Below the pieces are notes generated by a model. That model saw only the letters and a program-made list of their open reading frames with translations, made no database searches and had not been told where the DNA came from. Both the position numbers and the translations under genes were made by a program. From contig NC_043005.1 in assembly GCF_006345805.1 (NCBI RefSeq), positions 16,244,001-16,308,000 on the forward strand: a stretch of 64,000 nt of DNA. The letters run 5' to 3'. This DNA is from Octopus sinensis (lineage: Eukaryota). Shown here piece by piece: positions 63,821 through 64,000 of this stretch (its first letter is position 1; each line of letters opens with the position of its first letter).

Positions 63821-64000
63821 AAATATAAGCTTGTAACATTTGCAAAGTAATGCTTTCCGTTAAAAGTTTATTCATCTTGAATTTCAGAACTTTGAATTAT
63901 TCCACCAAGGGTTTATTCTATCACTTTCCTTGCTCTTTTAAATTGTTAGGGTATGTAATTTCAAATATTTTTTTCTATTATTATAATGTAACTAAAGCGT

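Overview
AT-rich, microsatellite-dense animal genomic DNA, not prokaryotic. The SINE families resemble those I recall from octopus, so an Octopus/coleoid cephalopod origin is inferred, not proven. Most ORFs in the supplied track are translations of simple repeats. Mobile DNA: two frameshifted Penelope-like retroelements (PLEs) encoding RT plus GIY-YIG (one with ~650-bp inverted pLTR arms), four Naiad-type PLE remnants, three Tc1/mariner relics (one with DD36E spacing), Dong/R4-type RLE-LINE ends inside (TAA)n arrays, CR1/L2-like LINE 3' ends, Helentron-type non-autonomous elements, about 25 SINE copies from at least four head types, and several fold-back palindromes. There is a U6 snRNA retrocopy fused to a LINE/SINE tail, several hammerhead-ribozyme-like motifs, and a 100-N gap at 49459-49558. 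One host-gene candidate missed by the ORF track was found: four phase-compatible minus-strand exons (60561 to 57792) that splice into an open ~131-aa frame of unrecognised identity. No CRISPR, rRNA or intact tRNA gene is supported. All alignments were done by eye and boundaries are approximate unless stated.
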